Assembly (NCBI GenBank): GCA_965248955.1
Contig: OZ252212.1
Span: 642,668-706,667, forward strand
Source of the DNA: Dehalococcoidia bacterium
GTDB lineage: Bacteria; Chloroflexota; Dehalococcoidia; Lucifugimonadales; QGNO01
Direction of reading: 5' to 3'
DNA length: 64,000 bases
Position 1 is the first letter of the stretch. Each line of letters begins with the position of its first letter. Shown here in pieces: positions 46,434 to 54,610 of this stretch. The notes beneath the pieces are model-generated. The model ran no database searches. It was not told the origin of the DNA and worked only from the letters and a program-made list of their open reading frames with translations. A program made the position numbers and the translations under genes.

Positions 46434-47375
46434 ATGACTGCGATCAACACGGTACTGGGCACTATTGACAGCTCGGAGCTAGGCTACACCCTTGTCCACG
46501 AGCACGTGCTGAGCACGTCGGCCGGACTGAAGGAGGTCTACCCCGAGTTCATAGACAGGGAGGGCACCATCCGCACGGCCGTGGCCCACCTCAAGGAGTG
46601 TCATGCGGAGGGACTGCGCACCCTCATAGACATGGCCCCCTTTGATTTGGGACGGGACGTGCGCCTGCTGGAGGAGGTGTCGCGGCAGAGCGGGGTCAAC
46701 ATCATCTGCACCACGGGAAGCTGGCTGGTGCCTCCCCGCGAGTTCGTCAGCGCGGAGCCGGATATGATAGCTCCTCTCTACGTGCGGGAGGTGAGAGATG
46801 GAATCGAGGGCACCGGGATCAAGGCCGGTGTTATAAAGCTGTCCACGGATCGCGAGGGTATCACGGAGCGCTTCGAGCCGGTGAGCCGAGCCGTAGCGCT
46901 CGCCCAGAAGGAGACCGGCGTACCCATACTCACACACACCTTCTCGCCAGCGCGCGTGGGTGAGGACCAGGTGCGCATCTTCCAAGAGGAGGGCGTTGAC
47001 CTCAACCGCGTCTGCATAGGCCACAGCAACGACACCACGGACGTGGAATACCTAAGCGGCCTGGTCGAGAAGGGGGCATGGCTGGGCATGGACCACTTTC
47101 CGGGTAGTGATCCGGACTGGGAGACTCGCACGCGGATAGTGAAGGAGTTGATAGACCGGGGCTACGGCGACCGCATCATGCTGTCGCACGATTTCAATCT
47201 GCGGCAGCACCGCGCCAACGCCGGCGAACGGGACACGCGCTGGCAACGCAACCCGGACGGTTATCTCTTCGTGAAGCGTCAGGTGCTTCCCCGCCTCATA
47301 GAGATGGGAGTGCCTGAAGAGAAGGTCAACCGCCTGAATCAGGATAACGTAAGGCGCTTCTTTGAGGGAGGATAA
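46434..47375 (+). CDS. Phosphotriesterase-related (PTER/Php family) amidohydrolase-fold protein
   Basis: GYTLVHEHV HxH motif. AAGGAGG lies 6 nt before ATG 46434. Confidence 0.8.
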   Translation: MTAINTVLGTIDSSELGYTLVHEHVLSTSAGLKEVYPEFIDREGTIRTAVAHLKECHAEGLRTLIDMAPFDLGRDVRLLEEVSRQSGVNIICTTGSWLVPPREFVSAEPDMIAPLYVREVRDGIEGTGIKAGVIKLSTDREGITERFEPVSRAVALAQKETGVPILTHTFSPARVGEDQVRIFQEEGVDLNRVCIGHSNDTTDVEYLSGLVEKGAWLGMDHFPGSDPDWETRTRIVKELIDRGYGDRIMLSHDFNLRQHRANAGERDTRWQRNPDGYLFVKRQVLPRLIEMGVPEEKVNRLNQDNVRRFFEGG

Positions 47376-47488
47376 CCGGCCAAAGAGGGATTGGGCGGTT
47401 GGTGACTGGATTTCTTCGCCGCCGGGCTAGTCAGAAGAGAAGGGAGGAAGGCTACAACGGCATCAGTGGAGTATTGTTTCGATTTAAG

Positions 47489-47698
47489 ATGTTGAGAAAT
47501 GTGATCGTGGTTTCTGGTGGCGCAGTTGGGGGATTTGCCATTGCAACTTTGCTCGGCGGAGTGGGCTTCAACTTCGTACCTTCGTTTGAGGGTTGCAAGG
47601 GGCCACTTAGCTTAATCTGCGGCGCATTGTACTTTGGACTTCCTGGCCTTGCCGTTGGGGTTGCTCTTGCTTACGCATTCGGCACTAGGCCAAACTAG
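47489..47698 (+). CDS. Candidate small Gly-rich two-TM membrane protein
   Basis: MLRNVIVVSGGAVGGFAIATLLGG...GLPGLAVGVALAYAF. There is no clear Shine-Dalgarno and local GC is lower. Confidence 0.35.
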   Translation: MLRNVIVVSGGAVGGFAIATLLGGVGFNFVPSFEGCKGPLSLICGALYFGLPGLAVGVALAYAFGTRPN

Positions 47699-47771
47699 GA
47701 AATCACCAAGTGAGAGATAGATTTGAGATGAAGAGGCTACGCCCATTCAAGTAGTGACACCCCCTTCATCG

Positions 47772-47799
47772 CCAGATTACTTCGGTTCCTCACAATGAC
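47772..47799 (-). repeat. GTCAT hairpin repeat (inverted copy, variant of the 33056/39782 type)
   Basis: The reverse complement is gtcattgtgaggaaccgaagtaatctgg. Confidence 0.7.
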
Positions 47800-47926
47800 A
47801 AGGGAGGAGGCAGCCCCAAGTCCCCGAGTTTCGCTAAGCCGTCTCATTTGCAAACGACGGGGTATCCTCACTAATATATGCGTGTACCACAGTCTAGAAT
47901 AAACACTGGATCAAGGAGGTGAAGCC

Positions 47927-48502
47927 GTGACTCAGCAGAGCGACGCATACCCGGTTCAGCTTTCCGTGGACTATCCAGACGGGGGATTGAACCGGCTGTC
48001 GACCTTCTTCCGCTTGATAATGATTATCCCCGTAATCGTAGTTCAGGCATTCTTAGCAGCCCTCGGCTTTCCTATCTTCCTCATGATACTGTTCAGACGT
48101 AAGTATCCCAGGTGGTGGTTCGACTATAGCCTGGAACTGGCGTGATTTTCCACACGGATCTCCGCCTACCTGTACCTCCTGCGCGATGAATATCCCTCCA
48201 CGGACGAAGAGCAAGCCGTACACGTTGAGATAGCCTACCCAGACGTGGAGCGGGACCTCAACCGCTGGCTTCCTCTGATAAAGTGGCTGCTAGCTATTCC
48301 CCACTACATAGTGCTGTGGCTTCTCAGCATCGTACAGATGGTTGTAGTTATCATCGCTTGGTTCGCGATTCTGTTTACGGGGCGGTATCCGAGAGGAATG
48401 TTCGACCTTGTGGTGGGGGTGATGCAATGGTCTCTGAGGGTACAGGCCTATGCTTTTCTACTCACCACTGACCGGTACCCACCGTTCAGCTTGCGGCCAT
48501 AG
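47927..48502 (+). pseudogene. DUF4389-family membrane protein interrupted by an in-frame TGA (48143-48145)
   Basis: The two track ORFs (47927..48145 and 48245..48502) are in the same frame. Read-through gives ...YPRWWFDYSLELA*FSTRISAYLYLLRDEYPSTDEEQAV...FTGRYPRGMFDLVVGVMQWSLRVQAYAFLLTTDRYPPFSL. A strong Shine-Dalgarno (AAGGAGG) precedes the GTG start. Confidence 0.65.
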
Positions 48503-48515
48503 GTGCTCCCCCTCC

Positions 48516-48580
48516 GTCATTCCCGCCGGCGGGAGTGGTTTTAGGGCAGACGGGGGTTTAATCAACTCCTCAGCATGACA
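48516..48580 (+). repeat. GTCAT hairpin module fused to an R2-family repeat
   Basis: gtcattcccgccggcgggagtggttttagggcagacgggggtttaatcaactcctcagcatgaca. Confidence 0.65.
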
Positions 48581-48605
48581 GGCGTCATGCTACAATTCAT
48601 GCCTT

Positions 48606-49691
48606 ATGACCATCGATCGGATAAGGGTAGCGCCAGGGCCCCTCAGGGCAACCGCCGCAGCCATACTGAGAGAGCTTGGCCTCACCAATGAGCACGCCGC
48701 CGATGCAGCCGAGGTGCTGGTTGCCACCGACCTGCGTGGTATAGAGAGCCACGGCGTCAACATGCTGCGTGGCTACTTGCAGCAGTTCCGCGACGGCCTC
48801 CTCAATCCAAAGCCGGACTGGCGCGTCATTCAAGAAGCGCCAGCCACCGCCACCATCGACGCTGACCGCGCCCTGGGAATCTCCATAGGCCGCAAGCTCA
48901 TGGAGATAGCAATGGAAAAGGCTCGCCGGTTCGGCACTGGTATGGTCAGCGTGGCCAACTGCGGCCATCTGGGCGCTGTGGGACACTTCGCCATGCTGGC
49001 AACGCGGCAAGAGATGGTGGGTGTGTGTATGACGGCGTCCAGCGGCGGCGTAGGCGTTCTGCCCACCTTTGGCGCGGAACCCAGGCTGGGCGCCAACCCC
49101 ATTGGGTTGGCCGCGCCTGCCGGCAAGGAGGCGCCCCTGCTCATCGACATCTCGGCTTCTGTGCCTATCGCGAACAAGGTGCAGCTACTTCGCCAAGCGG
49201 GGAAAAACGTGCCGCCGGGATGGATCTCGGACAGCCAGGGCAGGCCGGTAATGGAAGCGGGGCCCGCTCCGCCTCCCGGTGAGTTTTTCCATCTGCCGCT
49301 GGGCAGCACGCGTCAGATGGGGTCTCACAAGGGCTACGCGCTGTCCCTGGTCCCAGAGGTGCTCGCCACGCTGCTTTCAGGCGCTACTCCGAGCATGCAG
49401 AAGCTGCGCAATGGCATGAAGGGGGCTTTCATCGCCTACGACATCTCCAAATTCACCGATCTGGGTGAGTTCAAAGAGAACATGGACGGAATGCTGCACA
49501 CCCTGCGCCAGACCAGGCCCGCTCCCAGCGAGGAACGCGTCCTCTACCCCGGTCTCATTGAGCACGAGACGGAGCAAGAGCGGCTGGCGAACGGCATCCC
49601 CCTAAGCAGCGAGATGATTGAATGGCTCAGGGCAACCTCGATGGAGCTCGGTCTGTCCATAGAAAACACCCACGACTTCCCGGCCGTGTGA
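48606..49691 (+). CDS. Ldh_2-family (malate/L-lactate/sulfolactate dehydrogenase type 2) oxidoreductase
   Basis: The stretch TDLRGIESHGVNMLRGYLQQ is typical of Ldh_2. 361 aa. Confidence 0.8.
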   Translation: MTIDRIRVAPGPLRATAAAILRELGLTNEHAADAAEVLVATDLRGIESHGVNMLRGYLQQFRDGLLNPKPDWRVIQEAPATATIDADRALGISIGRKLMEIAMEKARRFGTGMVSVANCGHLGAVGHFAMLATRQEMVGVCMTASSGGVGVLPTFGAEPRLGANPIGLAAPAGKEAPLLIDISASVPIANKVQLLRQAGKNVPPGWISDSQGRPVMEAGPAPPPGEFFHLPLGSTRQMGSHKGYALSLVPEVLATLLSGATPSMQKLRNGMKGAFIAYDISKFTDLGEFKENMDGMLHTLRQTRPAPSEERVLYPGLIEHETEQERLANGIPLSSEMIEWLRATSMELGLSIENTHDFPAV

Positions 49692-49726
49692 TAACATCTG
49701 TCCCCTACCCTTTCTTGGAGGTTCCC

Positions 49727-50149
49727 ATGACCGCCGTAGACGACATGCTTGCCAGGCTTCGCTCCTCTCTGGATGAGACCATCGAGAAGTTGGAAAACGT
49801 CGAAGACGAACAAATGTTGCTCTCGATACCTCGACGCCAAACGCCCAACAACGTTAGACAGGTCTTCTATCGACTCATCGCCCACGAATACGAGCACACC
49901 GTCCAGATGGTAAAGACCCTCGCCGGACTGGGCGTGGAACAGACAGAGGCCCAGCTTATCCTCAATCGCGTCCGGTCTGCCCAGGGCCAACTCCAAGGGC
50001 TGCTCGTTGGCCTCTCCGACGAAGACCTTGACATGTCCCACGCCGAGGGCGAATGGACGCCCCGCCAAGTCATCGAGCACATCATAGAAGTCCATGAAAT
50101 GTACAGCCGCGGGATTGTAGAGGCGCTGGCAGAGGCAGGCGGCTCTTAG
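49727..50149 (+). CDS. DinB-family four-helix-bundle protein
   Basis: 140 aa with His-containing helices (HEYEH...EHIIEVHE). ATG 49727 was chosen as start. Confidence 0.55.
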   Translation: MTAVDDMLARLRSSLDETIEKLENVEDEQMLLSIPRRQTPNNVRQVFYRLIAHEYEHTVQMVKTLAGLGVEQTEAQLILNRVRSAQGQLQGLLVGLSDEDLDMSHAEGEWTPRQVIEHIIEVHEMYSRGIVEALAEAGGS

Positions 50150-50162
50150 CTCTTTCACCGGA

Positions 50163-50226
50163 GCCCCGCTCATGGTGAGCTTAGAGTCTATCCTGAGCTT
50201 GCCTAAGGGAACCAAATGAGCGGGGC
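50163..50226. repeat. 11-bp perfect inverted repeat enclosing a 42-nt REP-like core
   Basis: gccccgctcat ... atgagcggggc. The core contains atcctgagcttgcctaaggga. It lies between convergent genes. Confidence 0.7.
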
Positions 50227-50289
50227 ACTTAATCTATGCATCCCATCGCTCACCCTGAGCAACGTCGAAGGGAGTGAGCCGGGGGGCGT

Positions 50290-51180
50290 CTACTCCACCT
50301 CTATGCTCGCCGCTCCTCCGTCAATGTCCAGAGCAAGGCGGTGCGTCGCCGTGTCGTAGCCCGGCGATTCATGAATCCCGTTCACTTTGGGGAACCTATC
50401 GGCTATGTCCACGCTGGCCAGGCCGGCATCCACGTCTATGCGCGCCGCTACACCTTCAGGAACTGTTATTTCCAGGCTGGACGCACCAACATCAACCGAC
50501 GCAATGGTGAAATCAGCTACCGCAGGCGTGACCAGAGTAGCCGATACTGCTCCAGCAGCCATCAGCAACTCGGTGACTTTGAGCTGCTCCAGGTCGACGC
50601 TAATATCGCTGGCGCCCGACTGGACAGCTAGAAAGATTTCCACGTCTCTGGCTATCTTGATGTCCCACTTGCGATCTACAGTAGTGAAGAAACTCTGTGC
50701 GTTTTCCAGCTTCACCGATGCCCTGTTCCCTGAACGAGCCAGCGTTGAAACTGCTCCTGCGTTGCTGCCTGACCCGCTGAGCCTGGCCTGCAGCAGGTCC
50801 GTGGAACCCGCCGGCAGATCGCTTATCCGGAGCTCGCCCGCGCCAAATTCGACCTCCAGTTCAAGGAACTCGATACCATCTAGGGGTTCAGAGAACTCGC
50901 TAACAACGAACGATTCCGCATCAGCAATAACAAAGAAGGCGGCTGCTCCCACCGTTCCAACGAGCAGGAATACCACAACAAGCGATGTCAGAACGGGGAA
51001 CCTGCGGCCCAGTATTATGCTTATGCCGCCGGCAATAAGGAAAACTGGCCAGAAACGCAACAGCTCGAACCATAGTACCCAGGAAACGACGCCTGTTGTC
51101 TGGAGAAGGAGCAGTGCGCCCAGCAGTACAAGCAGGATGCCGAATACGGGCAACCCTCTCCCGCGCCGTAGACCGGCCAT
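50290..51180 (-). CDS. LiaF-like / toastrack (DUF4097-type) membrane protein
   Basis: N-terminal multi-TM region (LLVLLGALLLL...) followed by a repetitive beta-rich C-terminal domain (ISVDLE, LEITVP, IDVDAGLASVDI, ASIEV). Confidence 0.65.
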   Translation of the reverse strand: MAGLRRGRGLPVFGILLVLLGALLLLQTTGVVSWVLWFELLRFWPVFLIAGGISIILGRRFPVLTSLVVVFLLVGTVGAAAFFVIADAESFVVSEFSEPLDGIEFLELEVEFGAGELRISDLPAGSTDLLQARLSGSGSNAGAVSTLARSGNRASVKLENAQSFFTTVDRKWDIKIARDVEIFLAVQSGASDISVDLEQLKVTELLMAAGAVSATLVTPAVADFTIASVDVGASSLEITVPEGVAARIDVDAGLASVDIADRFPKVNGIHESPGYDTATHRLALDIDGGAASIEVE

Positions 51181-51183
51181 GAG

Positions 51184-51597
51184 CTAGCTTTTCGTCCTGT
51201 CCCAGATGAGGGCGACGCCTACGGCTATGATGACCAGAGGCCATATCAGTCCCCACCTCAGCCAGGAGAAGAAGTCGAGCTGCAGCAGCAGTAAGACGAC
51301 CCCGATGATGACTAGGATGCCGCCGATGAAGTTACGGTTTCGCTTTGTCCTGGTGTCCGCTTCCGTGGGCGGCGTAGAGTCCTGCACCGGCGCAGTGCCT
51401 TCAACCGCCTCCGGCATGGCCAAGGCAAGCACTATGTAGGCAATGAGGCCTATGCCGCTGGCGAAGCCAAGGACCACGAACGCGACACGTATCAGGGTGG
51501 AGTCGATATCAAGGTGCTCCGCCAGTCCTCCCGCTACACCGAACATCACGCGGTCGGAACTGCTTTTTCGTAGCCTCTCCTTCTGCGCTTGAGCCAT
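51184..51597 (-). CDS. PspC-domain protein
   Basis: RKSSSDRVMFGVAGGLAEHLDIDSTLIRVAFVVLGFASGIGLIAYIVLALAMP is a PspC domain. An AGGAG Shine-Dalgarno precedes Met 51597. Confidence 0.85.
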   Translation of the reverse strand: MAQAQKERLRKSSSDRVMFGVAGGLAEHLDIDSTLIRVAFVVLGFASGIGLIAYIVLALAMPEAVEGTAPVQDSTPPTEADTRTKRNRNFIGGILVIIGVVLLLLQLDFFSWLRWGLIWPLVIIAVGVALIWDRTKS

Positions 51598-51747
51598 TCT
51601 CAACTCCTGAAGCCGGCCACCGCCCACAGACGCTTTACTCTACGGGCAACGACCGTACCACCTGCCTTGCTCCATTGTACATGCTTTTCCTGCGTCAATT
51701 CACGAACCCTGATTTCTCTCATAAACCACATGGTATCCCCTCCGCCA

Positions 51748-51930
51748 TCCTGAGCCTGAAGTTTACCCTGAGCGTAGCCGAAGGAAACCATTTGATCCCC
51801 TCACGGAGCAACACACCCTCGTCATTGCGCGCCCCTCCGTCATTCCCGTGCTTGACACGGGAATCCATCCCCTCACTGTCATCTGAGCAACACACCCCCC
51901 TTCGTCATTGCGAGCGTAGCGAAGCAATCT
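51748..51930 (+). repeat. Stacked array of at least four REP-like modules upstream of ruvB
   Basis: The modules are tcctgagcctgaagtttaccctgagcgtagccgaagg, gtcattgcgcgccc, gtcattcccgtgcttgacacgggaatcc (9-bp perfect stem), tgtcatctgagc and gtcattgcgagcgtagcgaagcaatct. Confidence 0.75.
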
Positions 51931-52026
51931 GGCGGGGGCAAATGCGCAAAAAGGCCAACCAGCCCCGACACAAGCCGGTTACTCCGCATGGTATCATTGC
52001 CTTGAATCCGGTACGGGCAATAGAGT

Positions 52027-53082
52027 ATGACGGAACGGCTGGTATCAGGAAAGCCACGAGAAGAAGATGCTTCGCTGGACGCCAATCTGCGGCCAAGCAA
52101 ACTTGCCGACTACGTAGGCCAGGAGAAGGTCAAGGAAAACCTTGGCATCGCCATGACGGCGGCCCGGCAGCGCAACGAGTCCCTGGACCATTTGCTGCTG
52201 TACGGACCTCCGGGACTGGGCAAGACCACGCTGGCCAACATTGTGGCGGCGGAGATGGGCGTCAATATCAAAGTGACATCCGGGCCTGCCATAGAGCGCG
52301 CCGGGGACATGGCCGCCATCCTGACCAGCCTCCGTGCTAGGGATGTGCTTTTCATAGACGAAATGCACCGGCTGAACAGAGTGGTGGAGGAGGTTCTCTA
52401 TCCCGCCATGGAGGATTTCTTCCTCTCTTGGGTGATGGGCAAAGGTCTGGGAGCACGCACCATCAACCTCAAGGTGCCGCCCTTCACCTTGATCGGCGCG
52501 ACTACCAGGTACGCCCAGATCAGCGCGCCGTTGAGGAACAGGTTCGGCATGGTGCATCGCCTGGATTTCTACGATGCGGACGCCTTGCGCCTTCTGTTGA
52601 AGCGGTCTGCCGCAATCCTCAAAGTGCCCGTACAGGAACAAGGACTGAACGAAATCGCGCAACGCTCACGGGGAACGCCGCGCGTGGCGAATAGGTTGCT
52701 GCGGCGGGTGCGGGACTACGCCCAGGTAATGGCCGACGGAGTGGTGAATGTAGAAGTGGCCAAGGAGGCCCTTTCCAGGCTGGAAGTAGACTCTCTGGGA
52801 CTGGACGAGCTAGACCACAAGATACTTCGAACCCTGGTTGAGAAGTTCGATGGCGGGCCTGTGGGACTGGAGACGATCGCAGCCTCGATAAGCGAGGAGT
52901 CGGACGCCATCATGGACGTTTACGAACCTTTCCTGATGCAGCTGGGGTTCGTCACTCGAACGCCGAGGGGCCGCGTGGCGACGCGTCGTGCCTACGAGCA
53001 CCTCGATCTTCCCTACAAGGACAAGGTGGGAACGCTTCAGCCCTCGCTGTGGCAGGAGCCTGCCGGGGAGACAGGCGAATAG
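52027..53082 (+). CDS. ruvB: Holliday junction branch-migration helicase RuvB
   Basis: [19 protein letters not shown], Walker [12 protein letters not shown], and [16 protein letters not shown]. Confidence 0.95.
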   Translation: MTERLVSGKPREEDASLDANLRPSKLADYVGQEKVKENLGIAMTAARQRNESLDHLLLYGPPGLGKTTLANIVAAEMGVNIKVTSGPAIERAGDMAAILTSLRARDVLFIDEMHRLNRVVEEVLYPAMEDFFLSWVMGKGLGARTINLKVPPFTLIGATTRYAQISAPLRNRFGMVHRLDFYDADALRLLLKRSAAILKVPVQEQGLNEIAQRSRGTPRVANRLLRRVRDYAQVMADGVVNVEVAKEALSRLEVDSLGLDELDHKILRTLVEKFDGGPVGLETIAASISEESDAIMDVYEPFLMQLGFVTRTPRGRVATRRAYEHLDLPYKDKVGTLQPSLWQEPAGETGE

Positions 53083-53083
53083 C

Positions 53084-53731
53084 TTGCGCTTGGGAACGTC
53101 CTTCGCACTCCTGATCCTGGTATTCATAGCGGGCTGCCGTGCCTCAAATCCGACTCCCCTGGCAACCCCTACCCCCACGGCAACACCCGCTTCCACTGCA
53201 ACCGCTACCCCTACCCTCACGCCAACACCCGCTCCTACCGCAACCGCTACCTCCACCCCTACGCCAACGCCCGCTCCCACCGCAACCCCTACTCCCACGC
53301 CAACACCGGCTCCCACCCCAACGGCGACTCCAACTCCTCTACCCACCCCCCACGTAAGGATTGAAGGCGCCACCATCTTCGTAGAGCTTGCCGTCACTGC
53401 CGAGGAAAGGGCGCGCGGCCTCATGGAGCGGTCCTCCTTGGACAATAATACAGGCATGCTTTTCATCTTCCCCAGTGAAGGCTCGCCGTCGTTCTGGATG
53501 CAGGGCATGCTGATACCGCTTGATCTTGTATGGATAGATGACCGGTTGAACGTGGTTGGGGTCACGGCAAACGTGCCGCCTCACACTGGCCCCGGCTCAC
53601 CGCCCCTATACCACCCGCCGCAGCCGGTACGATACGTGCTGGAAGTGAGCGCCGGCACTGCGGACGAGCTGGGAATTGGGCCGGGCAGCCTGGTGGAACT
53701 GGTGGGTATCCCACAGGACAATGGCGGCTAA
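53084..53731 (+). CDS. DUF192-domain lipoprotein with Thr/Pro-rich linker
   Basis: Lipobox FIAGC, about 65 aa of TP-rich linker, then a DUF192-like domain ([20 protein letters not shown]...PLDLVWID). The TTG start at 53084 is inferred. Confidence 0.7.
   Translation: MRLGTSFALLILVFIAGCRASNPTPLATPTPTATPASTATATPTLTPTPAPTATATSTPTPTPAPTATPTPTPTPAPTPTATPTPLPTPHVRIEGATIFVELAVTAEERARGLMERSSLDNNTGMLFIFPSEGSPSFWMQGMLIPLDLVWIDDRLNVVGVTANVPPHTGPGSPPLYHPPQPVRYVLEVSAGTADELGIGPGSLVELVGIPQDNGG
53148..53352 (+). repeat. Imperfect tandem repeat encoding the Thr/Pro-rich linker
   Basis: Recurring acgccaac(a/g)cc(c/g)gctcc(c/t)acc... units of roughly 36-45 nt. Confidence 0.7.
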
Positions 53732-53757
53732 GAGTAAATTCAAGTTCAAGGTGAAAT

Positions 53758-54534
53758 ATGAGCACAGCAGTATTATATAAAGTGGAAAGCCGTATAGCCC
53801 GCATAACGCTGAACCGGCCGGAGGTGCTGAACGCCCTCAATAGACAGATGATAGACGACCTGCGCCGGACCATCCTGCGCTTCAACGACGACGACGAAGC
53901 GTGGGTGGCCGTAGTCACTGGCGCAGGGAGAGCTTTCTGCGCCGGGCGGGACCTTAAGGAACGAGCCGAAGACAACACATCCGGCAGGCAGCCCAGAGCC
54001 GAAGAGAGCATGTACGGAGATGGACTGTCTATGTGGCCCGCCACCTGGAAGCCAATGATCGCGGCGGTGAACGGCTACGCCCTGGCGGGAGGATGGGCCG
54101 TCGCCCAGATGTGCGACCTGCGCATCGCCTCTGAAGACGCCAGGCTGGGCATCACTGAGCCTCGCGTCGGCCTCATGGCGCCGTTTGCCGTGCAGCTGAA
54201 CAGGCTCATCCCGGAGGCTGCCGTGATGGAGCTGGTGCTGACCGCGGAGCCCCTACCGGCACGGCGGGTCCTGGAGATGGGATTTCTCAATAGGGTCGTT
54301 CCACCAGAACGGCTCATGGACCAAGCACTGGAGCTGGCGCGTACTATTTTGAAGAACGCTCCCCTTTCACTGCGTTCCTTCAAGGAACTGGTTAACCGTG
54401 CCAGAGAGGTCACTGAGAGTGAAGCGGCGCTGCTAACCAGGGACGCGTACGACCGGTTGCTGCTGAGCAAGGACGCCAAGGAGGGACCACGCGCCTTCGC
54501 CGAGAAGCGAGACCCGGTATGGAACGCCGAGTAG
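53758..54534 (+). CDS. Enoyl-CoA hydratase/isomerase (crotonase) family protein
   Basis: VAVVTGAGRAFCAGRDL and AAVNGYALAGG oxyanion-hole motifs. Confidence 0.85.
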   Translation: MSTAVLYKVESRIARITLNRPEVLNALNRQMIDDLRRTILRFNDDDEAWVAVVTGAGRAFCAGRDLKERAEDNTSGRQPRAEESMYGDGLSMWPATWKPMIAAVNGYALAGGWAVAQMCDLRIASEDARLGITEPRVGLMAPFAVQLNRLIPEAAVMELVLTAEPLPARRVLEMGFLNRVVPPERLMDQALELARTILKNAPLSLRSFKELVNRAREVTESEAALLTRDAYDRLLLSKDAKEGPRAFAEKRDPVWNAE

Positions 54535-54610
54535 CGTCTTCCCAGGGGTTAGCCGGCAATCAAAAAGCCGCTATACTCTATACGCTCCCCGTTCAGTCGT
54601 TGGTACACCT

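Noticed and set aside
11482-48145. Two in-frame TGA codons (11482 in the ArsR-like fragment, 48143 in the DUF4389 gene), raising the possibility of UGA recoding (Gly/Trp/Sec).
   Set aside because: - Many clearly complete genes in the window terminate at TGA at the expected protein end. dnaE ends TGA followed by TAG, and rho, the amidohydrolase and others also end at TGA.
- The two positions correspond to different expected residues (Gly versus Arg).
- No SECIS-like hairpin is evident.

Ordinary nonsense lesions are the simpler explanation.
51744-53352. The repeat-dense stretches (the module array at 51744-51938 and the tandem repeat at 53148-53352) as possible CRISPR arrays.
   Set aside because: There is no regular repeat-spacer periodicity with identical 25-40-nt repeats. 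The first is a mix of different hairpin modules and the second is an in-frame coding repeat. No cas genes are present.
52810-53565. A 251-aa minus-strand ORF rich in GVGVAV repeats.
   Set aside because: It is the reverse-complement reading of the Thr/Pro-rich linker repeat and the ruvB 3' end, so it is an artefact of the tandem repeat.
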